The notes below the pieces were generated by a model. That model had not been told where the DNA came from, searched no databases, and saw only the letters and a list, made by a program, of their open reading frames with translations. Shown in pieces: positions 1-14,100 of a DNA stretch of 64,000 bases. Source of the DNA: Eledone cirrhosa (lineage: Eukaryota); assembly GCA_964016885.1 (NCBI GenBank), contig OZ024743.1, positions 168,144,001-168,208,000 of the forward strand, read 5' to 3'. Positions within the stretch are counted from its first letter, which is position 1. Every line of letters begins with the position of its first letter. The position numbers were made by a program, and so were the translations under genes.

Positions 1-61
1 TGTTTCATAATGGCAGGAAATTCATTGAAGAGATGACCGTCTTCTGTAAAGACGTGGCAAT

Positions 62-520
<459 letters not shown>

Positions 521-591
521 TATATGTATGTATGTATGTGTGTATGTATGTATGTATGTATATATGTATATATGTATATATATGTATATAC

Positions 592-652
<61 letters not shown>

Positions 653-773
653 GAGGTTATATTTAATTTCTTGGGATTCAAAGCGTACCATAATTTGTCT
701 TGGTTACCCTTGAAATATATATAATAAAATAATTATGGTTTTATAAATATAGTTTCCATTTATTAATATATTG

Positions 774-803
<30 letters not shown>

Positions 804-808
<5 letters not shown>

Positions 809-1180
809 TAAACGGAATAGAAAATGCTGACAAATTGTTCACAGTTGAAAAATCGTTTAATTAGGAATAAAAGAGTATTAGTGATTGTATGGGTTAGTAT
901 TCAGTTGTGGTTTTAAGTTTTTAAGTTTTTACCGGTTGCGCATTTCTAAATGCTTTTCAAAAATAATTTTGAGATAGAGTGTCCGTGCTGTTTGCTCTGA
1001 TCTGCACGGACACTCTATCTCAAAATTATTTTTGAAAAGCATTTAGAAATGCGTAACCGGTAAAAACTTAAAACCACAACTGAATACTAACCCATACAAT
1101 CACTAATACTCTTTTATTCCTAATTAAACCATTTTTCAACTGTGAACAATTTGTCAGCATTTTCTATTCCGTTTACCAAC
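804..1180. mobile_element. Fold-back element, HHR family A (variant cores at 926-963 minus and 1029-1066 plus)
   Basis: About 180-bp inverted arms around 990-1003; TTGAAAA-GCATT-TAGA-AATGC-G(C/T)AA-CCGG-TA; repeats at 25355 and 32000. Confidence 0.75.
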
Positions 1181-1214
1181 ATATAATAACTTGTGTATTA
1201 CACCTCTATTCTTT

Positions 1215-1281
<67 letters not shown>

Positions 1282-1489
1282 CAAAATAGCCGATGATGCC
1301 ATGGGCTGCAGCCTTTATAGGCCATATATAAATGCGGTAACCGTATGAAACGTCTAAGTCACTGCCATTTTTCTACTTATATAATTTACACTCTACCTGC
1401 ATGTGTTTAGAGCTCATGGGACTAATGCTTGAATGTGTTAAGTACAATGGTATTTTAAACACCCATTTTAATATTTATATATAAAGATA

Positions 1490-1668
1490 CTAGCGAGACC
1501 CGTGGAAATTCCACGGTTTATAAATATCATTTTTCTATTATAAATGTATGGATTTATAGATTTTCATAGAAAAGTCTTAATATGACGCTCTGCTCAGCAG
1601 CGTAGCTAGACGGGGCTGAGGTAGGTGTGTGTGTGAAGATATGTGTTGTGTGTATGTGTGCGTGCGTG

Positions 1669-1703
<35 letters not shown>

Positions 1704-1790
1704 TTGTGCCTGCATGTGTTTATGTGAGTATTAACTACAGAACTTTATTGAGTGACAACACAAATTTTGTTTCGTTAGGCTTAATATATC
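1490..1790 (-). mobile_element. Non-autonomous Helitron-like element (3' end)
   Basis: Minus strand ends with hairpin CCGTGGAATTTCCACGG, then TCTCGCTAG followed by T. Confidence 0.5.
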
Positions 1791-1936
1791 AATCATTTTT
1801 ACTTTCGTTTCTCAGTTAGAAGCAGAATATTAAAAGTGTATGTATGTGAGAACGCACACACACACACACATACATACACATATAAGACATGGAAACACCA
1901 GATATCTATCAAGCTCTTTCGCTCCCTCTCTCTCTC

Positions 1937-1976
<40 letters not shown>

Positions 1977-1987
1977 TATATATATAT

Positions 1988-2058
<71 letters not shown>

Positions 2059-2199
2059 TATAAATATATACATACACACATACATATATATATATTTACA
2101 TATATATATATACCTATGTACTCTTTGCTCTCCAAAGGGAGAAAGAGATTAGTAAATATGGGACTAAAAAAATCACTATTATATGATGTAGATGAGATG

Positions 2200-2237
<38 letters not shown>

Positions 2238-2404
2238 TTAATACGTTAACAGAGAAAGCTATTAGCGATACCCCGACCAACTTCCATCTCACTCAACAAA
2301 TATTAGGAAATACCTAAGTATATTCCCAATTATACGTTTGGGGTGCTAACTATATTGTATTGTGTGGATAGTCGGCTGTATATTTTTATGAGACATAATT
2401 ATCT

Positions 2405-2735
2405 AGGGCAGGTAAAATTCCCGAGATCCATGGACGAGTTCTCTCCAGTGGTCTCTGTCCCTCATTATCGCTGCCATGTCCTGCGTCTCCAACAGACCAG
2501 TGTCTTAGGGCATCAACATACGTTAACCTTGGTCTTCCTCTTCCAGTGTTTCCATGCAGGGATGTCGGTGAGCATATCCAGCTAACCTCAGTCTCCTCTG
2601 TCACTTTTGAGCAGGAGAGTTAAGGCGAAAAAGATATCGGATGCTGAATTTGCCGACGACATAATTTTGGTGACAAATACAGTGAAGGTGGCAGAGGATT
2701 TGATGCGGGAGGTGGAGACTGTGTCGATGAGTGTA
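2405..2735 (-). mobile_element. RTE-like LINE 3' fragment with an inverted RT segment
   Basis: Minus strand [15 protein letters not shown]-terminus; plus strand about 2612-2733 reads DAEFADDIILVTNTVKVAEDLMREVE (RT motif). Confidence 0.75.
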
Positions 2736-2885
2736 TATAGTAATAATAATAATAAATTTGAAGACTAAAATCCAAAGAGGGCTCAATAAGGATAAATATA
2801 TATCAAATATATAAGAACCGTAGAACAAATATTTATTAAAATAAAAGATTAAAATTTAAGCAAAGAATCGGTGCTTAATTAATAA

Positions 2886-2925
<40 letters not shown>

Positions 2926-2936
2926 AAACAGACACA

Positions 2937-3005
<69 letters not shown>

Positions 3006-3019
3006 AAACAGACACACAA

Positions 3020-3118
<99 letters not shown>

Positions 3119-3236
3119 TGTGTCTGTTTACACACACACGCATGTATATTCTATTTATAATGGAACCGGTTGTTTCGCTCATTAGATTTCTTAGAGCATC
3201 TAGAGACGTTATATCAAAAAAATAAAAACAAAAAAG

Positions 3237-3626
3237 AACTACTTTCAGGTCTTGAATAATCGCCCCCTCCCCCACCTCACTTTTTAACTTTTCAGATTTT
3301 TCCAACACCTCGTTTATTAATTTTTGCTAATCTATCTCCGGCGAAATGTGATTGCAAGTGATCCATATCGATACAGGAGCTGGAGCATCTAATAGTTTTA
3401 TTTTACATTAAACAACATTATACATTATATATGACAAAAAAAAAAGAACATTACAATGACAAAAAAAGAACATTACAAGGAAATCCCATATTTACGAACG
3501 TACATTATACAATTACCGATTTCTCAACCTCCCGTTTACTGCCCACCCCAATATACGAATTAAAGCAAATGTCCACGCCCCTCACTTAATCCAACCCTCT
3601 CCTATTATTTGGGACCGAGAGTAGTT
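3237..3626. mobile_element. MITE-like non-autonomous DNA transposon
   Basis: Imperfect terminal inverted repeats AACTACTTTCAGGTCTTGAATAAT / ATTATTTGGGACCGAGAGTAGTT. Confidence 0.55.
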
Positions 3627-4045
3627 GCAGAAATATGTATTACTACAATAATAACAACCTGGAGTAGATATGAATTAATGACACAAAACATGCACATACA
3701 GAAAGACACACACACATGCACAGACTAGTTCAGACGCATGTGCGCGCGCGCGCGCACAAACACACACACACTCAGACACGTACACAAACATTCACTCACC
3801 CACACACTGACTTAGTAACTTGTTGATGTCTAATGTGCACAATACCATAATGGGTCAATTTATCTGAAGTAATTCAATCAACACATGATGATACAAGAAA
3901 TTAATTCATTGTTTCAGAGAGTCAATTAATTATTCCATTTTGAAATGGAAACGTGTGGACCTCATTGAGAAGACAACAGAAACTTATGAAAAACACTCGG
4001 TCGCTATATTTTTAAATTTCAAATTACCCAGTGCCTCGATAATTC

Positions 4046-4150
<105 letters not shown>

Positions 4151-4515
4151 GTGTGTGTGTAAACAGACCCATCTGCGCATTTCGTTATGTGCTCTTACCT
4201 GCATACTAAAGTGATATTCCATTGTAGCCTTGTTCTTTCTACACACTATTATAAGATTTCAGGTAGATTTAACTGTCATTTCTCAGGTTGAGTGACTAGG
4301 AATGGACATCAACATGAGGAAACAATATAATTACATGAGTTATGGTATGGATTAGGCCGTAAAACATAACTTGATATTACTCATCTTTTTCCATTTATCT
4401 GAGGGTTCTAAACCCCGTTATCAAGCTAAAATTCCTTTAGTCAAAAATACGGTGAAAGCTATATATTTTCTAATATATATATATACATACACCTATGTAC
4501 ACACACACATATATA

Positions 4516-4584
<69 letters not shown>

Positions 4585-4678
4585 TACCTATGTACACACA
4601 CACACACATATATGTGTGTGTGTGTGTGTACATAGGCAGAAAATATCTGTAGGTGTGGAAACCTACGGATATTATATG

Positions 4679-4774
<96 letters not shown>

Positions 4775-5042
4775 CATAATGTATATTGTATACGCACTGT
4801 ATAAACAGTGAGCACAAAAGAAAGAAGTAGGGTGTGATGATTTTATTACCCAATAGACGGTGAACACCTCAGTCGTATACATTTATATTATATCGGCATA
4901 TATGAAGACATATGCTATATGTTAAAGTATAACAAACATACATGAATCTCGCTATGTATGTGTATGTATTTGTACATATGTATGTATCTCTATCTATCGT
5001 TTTCTCTCTCTAACTCTCTCTTTCCTCCCTTCTCTCTCTCTT

Positions 5043-5086
<44 letters not shown>

Positions 5087-5176
5087 TATTTCAGTGAATA
5101 TATGTATATATATATACATGTATGTATATATATACATGTATGTATATATATACATGTATGTATATATATATACATG

Positions 5177-5213
<37 letters not shown>

Positions 5214-5216
<3 letters not shown>

Positions 5217-5365
5217 AACGAGTAGGACCCCGACGGCTGAGCTCAAGCCGTTTCGACGGCTTGAGCTCAGCCGTCCTACTCGTTCCTATTACCCACTCTA
5301 CTACCCTAAGTATTGAGTACTTTGATGCGTTATGGTCCACCTGGTTCCTTACCACATTTCCTTCG

Positions 5366-5368
<3 letters not shown>
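5214..5368. repeat. Fold-back copy of a dispersed repeat family (also about 6040-6260, 7980-8035, 57855-57995)
   Basis: AGGAACGAGTAGGAC...GTCCTACTCGTTCCT arms; shared GAAACGGCTTGAGCTC motif. Confidence 0.7.
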
Positions 5369-5421
<53 letters not shown>

Positions 5422-6258
5422 ATATATATATATATACATACATGTATATATATATATATATACATATATTCACTGAAATAAACATATATGGAAACGTATG
5501 CCTCTTTGCGTGTGTATGTATGTGTGTGTGTGTGTGTGCGTACATTTCTTTATACGACTGCACTTCTTTATTGATTACAATTGACATTACACAGCACCTT
5601 ATACAGCCCATTACACATCACATTACGCACCACCTTACATGGCACATTCCACACCACCATCCACATCACATTTTTATTTGTTTATAAAGATCAATTAGTA
5701 TCATCCTTGTCCTATACACAAGTAATAAATAAGGTAAAATTAAATGAATTATCACCCACTTCATTGTTCATTTGCTTATCACCCTTTCGTCCTCATCAAT
5801 CCCATATAAATATTCATAAATACACACATATACAAATACATAATGATGTGAGAAAATATTTCTTGTGCACACACACACACACATACGCGCACACACACAC
5901 GTACCCCCCCCCCCCCCACATATTTTTATATGCCTCAAGTGGGACTACCCCCGTCCAAACCCATGCAAGCGTGGAACACGGACGTTAAACGTTGATGATG
6001 ATGATGATGATGATGATGATGTATATACATTAGAAAGAGTCGGTGACCGACGGCTGAGCTCTTGCCGTTTCAACAGCTACTTGTTGTGGCAAACTAGATA
6101 TACTTATTTCCTAATTCCTGGCTATCCTGGAATGATTTCTACTTAGCCGACTATTTCTAATATAATCACACTCTGCTATCTCAAGTATCGAGTACTGTAT
6201 TGAATAGGAGTCTTCTTCTTCGCCCTCGCCTTTTCCAGATTATTTCTATATTAAATTT

Positions 6259-6338
<80 letters not shown>

Positions 6339-6345
<7 letters not shown>

Positions 6346-6515
6346 GTGAGTTTTCTTTTACAAAATAAAAAGAAACGAGGGGTCCTACACGAGTAAAAGT
6401 ATAAGGAAAAAAGATGAAATCGAAAATGCAACTGGAGTCTTTATAAAAATAAATATATATATATCTTTTTTTAAAGATTCCAGTTGCATTTTCGATTTCA
6501 TTTTTTTTCCTTATA
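6339..6515. repeat. Fold-back fragment of the family F element tail
   Basis: GAAATCGAAAATGCAACTGGA.TCTTT inverted with its complement; homologous to 17168-17220 and 17630-17735. Confidence 0.7.
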
Positions 6516-6659
6516 TATATATATGTAGAAGTTGTATTTAATTTGTTGGAAGTCCGACAAACATAAATGTTTATAACTGATTTAGAGCACTCAACGTAAA
6601 CTGGAGTAAATATTCAATGATATTAAATAAATGGAAACTATATTTATAAAACCATATTT

Positions 6660-6722
6660 ATTTTATTATATATATTTCAAGGGCAACCAAGGCAACATTG
6701 GTACGCTTTCATCAGATAAAAT
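6660..6722 (-). ncRNA. Type I hammerhead ribozyme (family B) in fold-back 6617-6843
   Basis: ATTTTAT-CTGATGA-AAG-C-GTACCAA...TTGGTTGC-C-CTT-GAAA-TATATA-TA-ATAAAAT. Confidence 0.85.
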
Positions 6723-6838
6723 ACAAAGTTTGTTTTATAAATAGAGACATACCCATGAAAATCTGTCTTGGTTGCCCTTGAAATATATATAATAAAATAA
6801 ATATGGTTTTATAAATATAGTTTCCATTTATTTAATAT

Positions 6839-6917
<79 letters not shown>

Positions 6918-7135
6918 AAAGGCAAACATAAATAACAAAGCAACACTGTGTAATGAATATATATATATATACATAAACGGAGAAAGCTAATAGCGATACT
7001 CCGGCCAAATTCCAACTCACTTAACAAACATTAGGAAATATCTGAGTATATTCCTAATTAAACGTTCGGGGTGCTAACTATATTGTATTGTGTGGAGAAT
7101 TGGCTGTATCATTTCATATGAGATATATCAAATAT

Positions 7136-7177
<42 letters not shown>

Positions 7178-7332
7178 TATAGTAATAATAATAAATTTGA
7201 AGACTAAAATCCAAAGAGGGTGAAAGCAGCGATTCTTTGGTTAAACATTAATCAGTTATTTTAATAAATAAATAAATATATATATATCCGATATTTGCAT
7301 TTCTTTATTGTGCTACAATAAAACTCACCTCC

Positions 7333-7393
<61 letters not shown>

Positions 7394-7399
<6 letters not shown>

Positions 7400-7664
7400 A
7401 TTATTATGTAATAAACAACATAAGGCAATTATTCCATTTACCAGTGGTTTCTTAAAAGCAAAAGGTTTTGCTTTCAATCCTCAGAATGAAAAAATCCTGG
7501 TTTGTTTATTATCCAGGATTTTGTTTATTATCCAGGATTTTTTCCAGTTTGTTTATTATCCAGATTTGTTTATTATCCAGGATTTTTTCATTCTGAGGAT
7601 TGAAAGCAAAACCACTGGTAAATGGAATAATTGCCTTATGTTGTTTATTACATAATAATAATAA
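7394..7664. repeat. Fold-back element with a central short tandem repeat (TTTGTTTATTATCCAGGA)
   Basis: Arms TTATTATGTAATAAACAACATAAGGCAATTATTCCATTTACCAGTGG and its reverse complement. Confidence 0.75.
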
Positions 7665-7729
7665 TTAAGCTCTGTTACCTACATAGAGCACTCTTTTTTC
7701 CTGGACTTTTCCGACGGAATTACTTCATT

Positions 7730-7803
<74 letters not shown>

Positions 7804-8079
7804 CGTCAATAGTCATCTTTTTCCATTTCTCCGAGGGTTCTTAATCCCACTATCAGGCTAAATAATTTCTTTAATTTCTTTAGTCAAAATACGGCGATAA
7901 CTTACATTTCTAATAATTTCAAACCAACTCGCTGTTTCGAAAATATTCTTACTATATATTTATATATATATATATTTACAGTCCAGAAATAGCCGTCGAA
8001 ACGGATTGAGCTCTGCCGTTGGGGTTAAACATTTGTCTGTATACACACACACTCACACACACACATATATATATATATT

Positions 8080-8140
<61 letters not shown>

Positions 8141-8576
8141 CGAGCGAGAAAGAGGTTGATTAACATAGAAAGAGTGTGAAAGGGATAAACATTGATTTTG
8201 CAAAACCTGTATGTATAAATTGTGTATATTATAGAAAAATATGTGTTCCAGTCTATACACATCACCTTCGTCAATGTGTGTCTACATATGTAGGTTAATA
8301 TGAATATTCTATAATGTGTATCAGTATAACATGGAGTTCTTGCCGAACTTTCATACGGTCTATTTATCAACAGATTTCTTCCTTGAATAGTTGTAGATTG
8401 TTAGCGCCACCTGACAGTGTGTCTAGCATTCACACACGTTTGAGGTCATTGTAGCGTATAAAATGATCTGTGTGAGCTACCCAGAATTATGACTCAAAAC
8501 CTTTCTTTAAAGGTGTCAAACTCGTACTCAATACAATCTTCCTCTCTCTCTCTTTCCTCTCTTTCCTCTCTCTCTT

Positions 8577-8668
<92 letters not shown>

Positions 8669-9105
8669 AGTGTGTGTGAGTGTGTGTATGTGTGCCTGCG
8701 CTTGATCGTGTGTGTGTTCACGCCCCCAAGCGCGCACACACAGAGACGTAAAAACACACACACATATACCTATATATATATATACCATAGATCATCTTTC
8801 TGTCTCGGCGACGATCAGTTAGTTTTTAGTTTAACTTAAATCAACTTAATTCTCAGGCTAGATCACTATGACATAGTACATTTCAAGGCTGGACCTTGCA
8901 ATTGCATGCAGAATCCACCCGACTCATAAGTCGACCTGATGCTATGGTAAAATTAATTACAAACACATACTGATGAAATTACTAAAAAAATGACCGAGAC
9001 AGTCGAAATTTGAAATCACAATAAACAACCTATATATGTATGTGCACGTGTATGAGTGAGTGAGTGAGTAAGTAAGTGAGAGAGAGAGAGAGTGAGAGAG
9101 GGAGG

Positions 9106-9147
<42 letters not shown>

Positions 9148-10375
9148 TATGTATATACTGTACGTATGAATTTTCAAAATGTTCAGTTCCGCTGCATGGT
9201 CTCTTGGGCAATGGACCGAAGCCTAAGAATTGGTTAGGGTCACGTGGACACTGTCATGAAGTCAGTTAGATGGATTGTACTTGTAATACAAAGGTTCAAC
9301 CTTATAAAGCTGGTGTTTTATACACAAATATACATGGTGCGTCCTATGTTTTTGTGGGAAAATTGTGTGTGATTTATACACAAGTATATATGTAAGACAG
9401 AAGACAGGAAATGAAAGGGTCGATAGTGTAAAATTACACACACACGTGCACCAGGTCAGAATACAGAGGAACCAAGCTCCCACTGTCATCGCCTTCGTCT
9501 CTCTCGCCCTCCCCATCTCTCACTATTATAAGCACGGCCTCGGCGATGCGCTGGAAGAGCCATTTCAGCTCGCGAGGCTCACACCGGCTGCTAGCCAGCT
9601 CTGCGCCTATGGTGGTGAGTCGAGGGGTGGCCTTAGGACACCAGAAGTCTCCACTGCTAGGGGCTTGACTACAAGCCTGTCGGAGAGCAACCGATATCTG
9701 GAGAGTTTACCCTCCTCAGCCCGAAGTACAGCAGAGCATGGGTTAATCGCAGTAGGTTCAACCGTGTCACATAATTTGTCACGGGGATTCTGTCTGCAAC
9801 GTTAACGATACAGGTGCCTGTCGAATGCTCATCCACTTATACAGTAATTTATCAACTGAATGTTCATCAGAGAAACTGAAGAAGAATCCGTAATCATCGT
9901 GTATCTTTAGTAGTGTTGTTGTAATAAATATATAAAAACTTACTACTGTGGAAAGTAGTGGTGGTGATAGTGATGGCGATAGTTAAGGTTGTTGCTGTTT
10001 CTATTCTTTTGTTGTACTAGTTTTCTTAGACGCAGGTCAACCATGACTAAAGGTGTTCTAGCTATGATAATTCGACTTTCTTTTATCTCTGATAAAATGT
10101 GTGCACGGCCACATTTCTAATCTGTCCTTCCTTTTCTAATATGAGACGATTTGTCTGTTATTTCTTTCGAGTATTTTGGCGGTCCTTGTTGTGTGTGCAA
10201 TGTTTTATGGTTGTAAAGGTTAATTTGTTATGAAGTATTAAGACAAATCCGACAAATATCAACTGCTATCTATCATACAACACGTTGCTGTTGTGGTTGC
10301 TGTATGGCCAGAAGTCTAATCCAGAAAGTTGTCTTAATGACAACGGACCATGCGATTCTGTGACAATGTATGAAA

Positions 10376-10589
10376 TAATAATTGTTTCTACTTTATGCAC
10401 AAGGCCAGCAATTACCCAGTGCATTACTGGTACTTTATTTTATCGACCCCATAAGGATGAAAGGCAAAGTTAACCTTGGCGGGATTTGAACTCAGATCAT
10501 AAAGGGGCGTAATGTGTGAAGATCATAAAGGTACGTAACTCTATGCTTCAAAGCATGGTGTCCGACTCTCTACCGATACTGCCAATCCA
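10376..10589 (-). mobile_element. tRNA-derived SINE (major family)
   Basis: A box TGGCAGTATCGG, B box GAGTTCAAATCC, body GCCTTTCATCCTTA.GGGGTCGATAAAATAAAGTACCAGT, (ATT)n tail. Confidence 0.85.
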
Positions 10590-11339
10590 TGAAATCCATG
10601 TAGTCTTTGTTAATAATTTTATTTTAAAAAAGCACAAATACAGATGATCTTTATGCTAGGAACAACTTCCATGTTGAGAAGGGAACTATTCTTTATCGCG
10701 TCAAGATCGAATTTGTACTTGGCTGAATATATTAAAATATAATATGATGACGTAATGAATTTCTTGCATTATTACAAGGTCACAAGGCGTTGGATAGGTA
10801 GAGCATCGGACAACATAATTTGCGGCATATAGTTATGTATATTTACATTCTGAGCTTAAATCCTGTGGAAGTTAGCTTTGCTGCTGAAGTTAGCTTTACA
10901 GGGTCAATTAAGTTAAGTACCAGTAACACACTGGTTCGATTAAATCGACTTTCTCTATGCATTCAAATTGCTGTTCTTGTGCTAAAAGTTGAAACAATTA
11001 TTACAAGATCACATATATCGGTCAAGTCAATACTTGTCAAGTAATTGTTATCGATCTTGAATGACTGAATGCCAGTGGCAGTGATATTTGGCCATTGCTA
11101 TACTGATTTTGCAACCCACAATTCAAGGCGAGGTGACAGCCATTTATTTTAACCACAATATATGACAGCTATTTATTCAATTCCAGAACGTTGAAAAGGA
11201 AAGTTGACATCGGCTAAATTTGAAGTCAGAATACAAAAGATCTGAAACTAAATAGCACAGGATAGTGTGTCCGAGTGACCAAACTGCGTTGTGTGTGTGT
11301 GTGTGGGTGTCCTCTTTGGGTTTTGATCTTTGTATTTGT

Positions 11340-11404
<65 letters not shown>

Positions 11405-11487
11405 ATACTACTACTACTACTATACACACACACATATATATATATATACACACAATAATAATAATAATAACAACAATAATAATAATG

Positions 11488-12981
11488 CTTTCTTTATTAA
11501 CACAAGGGTTTACACAAAGTAGACATTAAGGACAGTACAGGACAATACAGGACGGTACAAAAGGGCATTTCTGCGTGTAACCCTCCCCCCCCAAAAAAAA
11601 ACAGAGGATGTAATAATAGAACAATGAAAAAATTCCCCAATTGGGGGGGGGGAGAGACTGCCGAGGGACGTTCTTGGAGAAAGCCCATTAAAAAGCCACA
11701 GTGACACTGACCACCAGGGCAAGTGCCCTCTCCCAGTTTTCCACCTTTAATTTACAGACACATACTCAGAGTAGGCCCATTCACTCGGGCCATACTTGCT
11801 TCTCTCACCCATCTTTCAACAAAATGCTGGGAAGAGAGCACTTCGGTCTCTACCCTGATTTTCCTTTTCAAATAAAATTTGAAAAAGTTAATCAGGGCAT
11901 CACCGAAGAGGTAAGTGCTCTTCTTCAGCCCTTTCAAACGTGTCCACCATACTATCTCTTTCGGCATGGCCACCAAGACAGATAAAAACTGCCTGCCCTT
12001 CCCGGCTAAAGGAAGAGGGCGGGAAAATCCTCACGATGGACTCAGCTGATAGATGGATCCGTCCTACACGCGACAGCAGGTGTTCGACATAAACCCACAA
12101 GTCAGCAATGTTCGGACACTGGACGAGTGCGTGCAGGACGGTTTCGTCGCCCTGCGCGCATCTCGGACATGCACGGCTGACGGCAATTCCATGCCTGTAG
12201 AGTTTATCCCGAACTGGCAAAGCTCCTCAGTAGAACTGCCAGGCCAGGGATTTCTGGAAGTTGTCCATAGGCCCCGGCCCGAAAGTTCTTCCGAAGAGAT
12301 TGGCTAGTTGAATTTCGTCGACGCCTAGAGTTTCCCAAAGTACGTCGTCGCTCTTCCCCTCCACTATTACTCTATAGAACGCCAAGGTGGAGTTTTCACC
12401 GATCACATTGCCCAATTTGTCGAAGACTGTGAGCGCCTGAAGACATTCCAGTCTCCAAGCGCTCCCTTTCGGTTTTCGCTTGACCCAGGACTGCAGCTCC
12501 GTCAAGGAGACGCTGGGGAAAGACGCGTCTAGCAAACGGCGACCACACCTGATCACCGTCGAGGAAAAGGTGGAGATGTCGTAGCCTGAGCGCGTGTCTG
12601 CGCATCATCAGCCACGATATGCCCAGCGCTCCACGTAGCGGGTGTTGACAGCAGATGGACCGCCTGACCATCGGAGCGGATCCCTTCCGCAAAAAGCGAA
12701 AGAGCAAAAGCCCCAGCGTAGTCAGGCGGGGCTTAGGACAAGGTACGACGGTCAGGCGGTGTAGATGACGGATGCGATGTACGCGTTAGCCACCTCCGCT
12801 CGACCTTTCAGGGATAGCATCCTCTCCTCCCATTTCTGGGTGCCACCCTGCTCGTCACCTCGTCCCAGTTTTTGTCCGTCTGGAGGTCCGAACCGAACTA
12901 GACCCCTATCAATTTAACCGGTCCGTCCGTCCAGCGCCCGACGACGCTGTTGGACGGCATGGACCTGCCTCTCCAGGTGCC
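11488..12981 (-). pseudogene. Tx1/L1-clade LINE ORF2 C-terminal region (post-RT, zf-RVT), frameshifted
   Basis: LPVRDKLYRHG...CPRC...ETVLHALVQC; paralogous to 54467-55615; 3' UTR present. Confidence 0.85.
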
Positions 12982-13475
12982 GAGAGAGAGAGCAGTTGAA
13001 TTAAGGAACATTGGGAAAATATTTGAAATGGTGAGAAAATCGGGCAGACAGAAAACGTGTGTTGAGGCCTATCTGTCCACTTTTAACGTCTCCCCGGATA
13101 TTTTACCCGATTCTCACATATGTGAACATGGTCATATGTGTTGGAATGCCCACACATATATGCATATTTCTATACATGTATATATATATATATATATATT
13201 TGTTTTGCAAGGTTTTTTGCAAGGTCGTGTGTCGATGATGTTGCAGATGTTCAACGAAAGAACTTTGATAGACTATATATATATATATTTATATCTGTAT
13301 TTTTAACCGTTGGTCAATGATAAACATTGATTGCCAAATAAATTAACTATGGAGATATAAAAGACACAGAGGTGAAAACCAACCAAACAGTGAGTGTGTT
13401 CTGTAATTATTTCTAGCAATATTATTACAACAATATGACTCTCCCCAAGTATAATAATAATATATATATATATAT

Positions 13476-13549
<74 letters not shown>

Positions 13550-13607
13550 GAAAGGTATAGAAAATATTGTAGCGAAAAGCCAACAGTATTCCATAATATA
13601 TAAGTGA

Positions 13608-13677
<70 letters not shown>

Positions 13678-13805
13678 CACTGAGTTATTTAATTTGTTGG
13701 TTATTAACAGGTTAGAAGCACTCTAGAGGTTTTTTCTGGAGTATGATATCAATAATATAAATAAATGGAAACTATCTTTATAAAACAATATTTATTTTAT
13801 CATTA

Positions 13806-14050
13806 TCTATAAAAGCAGATTGTTGTTGTTGTGTGTGTGTGTGTACATGTTCCATGTTTATACATTTGCATAATTTCAAACTGATTTGACTCAACCTCTG
13901 TAAGAATGTTTTAAAAGGTCTAACTTAGGTCACGAGCTATTTACTTTATTCACACTCACGCACAATTACGGAAATAATCGATAAAACTAAATACATGACG
14001 CTTTACCCCTCTAATACAATCAGATTTCCCTTAAACTTTAAGAGAGAGAG

Positions 14051-14100
<50 letters not shown>

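Noticed and set aside
680-730. Family B HHR
   Set aside because: 5'-truncated; lacks CTGATG and the 5' strand of stem I
1285-1360. CCGATGA...GAAACGTC hammerhead-like sequence
   Set aside because: Stems I and II do not pair convincingly
8403-8418. CTCF-like motif AGCGCCACCTGACAG
   Set aside because: A single short match with no supporting context
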